Origin: Macrostomum lignano
Lineage: Eukaryota
Reading direction: 5' to 3'
Assembly: GCA_002269645.1 (NCBI GenBank)
Contig: NIVC01000382.1
Span: 62,001 to 126,000 of the forward strand
Length of the DNA: 64,000 nucleotides
The stretch's first letter is position 1, and the number at the start of each line of letters is the position of its first letter. Shown piece after piece: positions 61,980 to 64,000 of the stretch. Position numbers and translations under genes: made by a program. Under the pieces are notes generated by a model that had not been told where the DNA came from, ran no database searches, and saw nothing but the letters and a program-made list of their open reading frames with translations.

Positions 61980-63997
61980 TGTAACCACGCTCTGGTCGCG
62001 GGATAGGGCATGGGAACTTTTTCGTAAGTGCCTCCTATCTCGTGTACCCCCTGCACAGAGCCGTCGAGACTCGGCCAGGTTTCCGACCAGGCCTGGAGAC
62101 TCCCGCCCTGCTGTACCCCCCTGCTGCCTTGGTTCCGTCTCCCCTGCCGCCACACCTGCCTTTCCGGAGCTCCCTGTCCCTCTGTACCCTCCCCTCTACC
62201 TTATCTCCCCTGCACTCCACCCTATTCTTGTACTTTCCCTATCCCCCCTCTTTTTTGTCTCTCTCTGCACTCTTTTCTTGCGCTGTCCCCTCTTTCTCTA
62301 CGTCTGCTTACAGTATGTTGTGTGCCCACCGTCCTCCCATCCTTTCCTAAACTCCCAAACGTTGACGCAAGTCGTGTGACCTCTTCTTCCCCCCGATGAC
62401 TCATCGATGACTCATCCCTCTCTCTTGCGCAACCTTTTCTCATGCCATTGTTCTCCTCCCCAAATTTCTCATGCGACACCCACCCCACCTCCGCTTCTAT
62501 TGTTCTTGTTTTTGATTCCTTTGTTCTCTTTACCCCCACCAATTATCACCTTTTCTCCGATTTTCTCTTTCTTTTGTTCTCGTTTTCGCACCTAATTATC
62601 ACCTTTTCTCCAATGTTTGCTTTTCCATTGTTCTTGTTTCTCCTCAATTATCCCCGATTTCCAATTCCTTTGTTCTCGACCCCGGCCCCATTGTTTTCAA
62701 TGTTTGCTTGCGCAACACTTTCGCGACCACCCGCTGCGCCAATTATCCCCCCACCCCACCTCCGGATTGCGCAATTTCCCTATTTCTCATGTTGCTATGC
62801 CGGTCTCATGTTTCTCATCATGACTCATTCTGACGTCATTCGGCCGGCAGCCAATCAGAGAGAGGGAGCCATGGAAACGGCCTTGGAGCGGCGGCTGGGA
62901 AGGCTATAAAAGGAGGCGGTTTTCGGCATGAGAAGACTCAACTTTTGCCCACCTTCGGGCTCCTAGTCTTTCTTTAGACTTGCCGTCAGACTGAGTTCTG
63001 ACCCATTCGTCTATAAGACGAATCCCTGCCGGTCCGCGGTCTGTTACCGCCAAGTTATCTTCAGCTCCCCAAGTGAGCTCGCCTATCGGCCAGCGGTCTG
63101 ACACCGCCCAGCATCATCAGCTTCGCCTGATCTACACCAGCGCCTCGTCGCCTCAGCGCATCGCCGCTTCACCGTCTGCCTGACTGCAGCCTACAGCCGC
63201 CCTCGGTCACTCCGCCTCTCTCTCTCTCTCTGCGCAGCTGCCGGTAAGTTCCTATTACTGATTTGTGCTCCAATTGCCTTTGCTTATCCGGAGTTTGCCT
63301 ATTTTTCCATTGTCTAATTAGAGAGCTGAGCCAGTTGTAATACCGTATCTTTTGCTGTATTTTTACTTAATAGTGAAGCCGCCTAATTGCCTGATTATTT
63401 GCCCAAGGGCCGAATTATTAACGATTAACTAACCTCATCATTATTCACTTTTTCACCATCATTTCACTCATGGCTTGCTAAGCCTTTCCCCCGGGGTGGC
63501 AAAGCATAAGGAAGTTTGGGTAAGATAATGGCCTCTCCCCGTGCAAAGCCCGCCTGTGAGTGCGTGCTGCGGGGCCGCGTGTGCGTGCAGTAGAGGGATT
63601 AGCGAGTCTTGGCACAGAATGGCAGTAGGAAGGTTGCAACCCCATGCTGACGCGTCCCTTCGCCCTGAGCAATCTAAACTATAGACAGTACATGTTCGCC
63701 TCATACTACTCTTAGTAATCAAGGTCGTCAGTCAGCCTCGCTCACAGCCACAAAGGATCCCCTGCTGAGAAATCCTCCAGATTGAGCCCAGAGTTCCCGA
63801 TCATGCCCCAAGCAGAGTCCCTGTACTCGGCTGCATGTGTCTCCCCTGTTAGCCTAAATCTCCTGGTAACCATCCCAGGCGGGGCTCTAGCCTCCAGAGG
63901 TCTGGTAGAAAGATCCAGGTGCGCCAGGTCACATAGAGTGGTGGCAGCCACTCGGTCATACTATGACCGAGTGACCAACTATTGCACCTTGGCTACA
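61980..63997 (+). repeat. ~2-kb LTR
   Basis: Begins TGTAACC and ends GGCTACA (imperfect terminal inverted 7-mers). It has a TATA box ggctataaaagg at ~62903 and a long CT-rich U3-like region. The window ends 3 bp after it, so PBS or TSD cannot be checked. Confidence 0.6.
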
Positions 63998-64000
63998 GGT

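Overview
This is AT-rich eukaryotic (probably invertebrate animal) DNA made almost entirely of nested transposable elements. I could not identify any host housekeeping gene. (1) 2.3-22.5 kb holds three diverged members of one intron-containing DDE/CxxH (hAT-like, probably hATw-type) transposon family, all on the minus strand. The third copy (14630-22518) is complete, with TAGGGACT TIRs, a 7-bp TSD (CTTAACA) and a spliced 1133-aa ORF. The first has an intact 1185-aa ORF but has lost its right end and is fused to the second, a truncated pseudogene. The two intact transposases end in a Spindlin (Spin/Ssty)-like Tudor domain, which is the most interesting signal in the window. (2) 22.6-37.6 kb holds a conventional hAT transposase broken by an intact mariner, an orphan ORF, an OTU-bearing Helentron-type Rep/Pif1 gene whose first exon is broken by a LINE fragment, a second near-identical inverted mariner, and a hAT MITE. 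(3) 40.5-44.7 kb holds an intron-containing protein-primed DNA polymerase B (Polinton/adintovirus-like) pseudogene between ~125-bp inverted repeats, with tandem arrays outside them. (4) 45-64 kb holds a Gypsy integrase with a candidate 3' LTR, a DFSENY-type transposase remnant carrying a third mariner, scrambled LINE/Gypsy fragments and a ~2-kb LTR. Splice models were inferred by eye from GT/AG sites and frame continuity. Family names come from motif recognition, not database searches.
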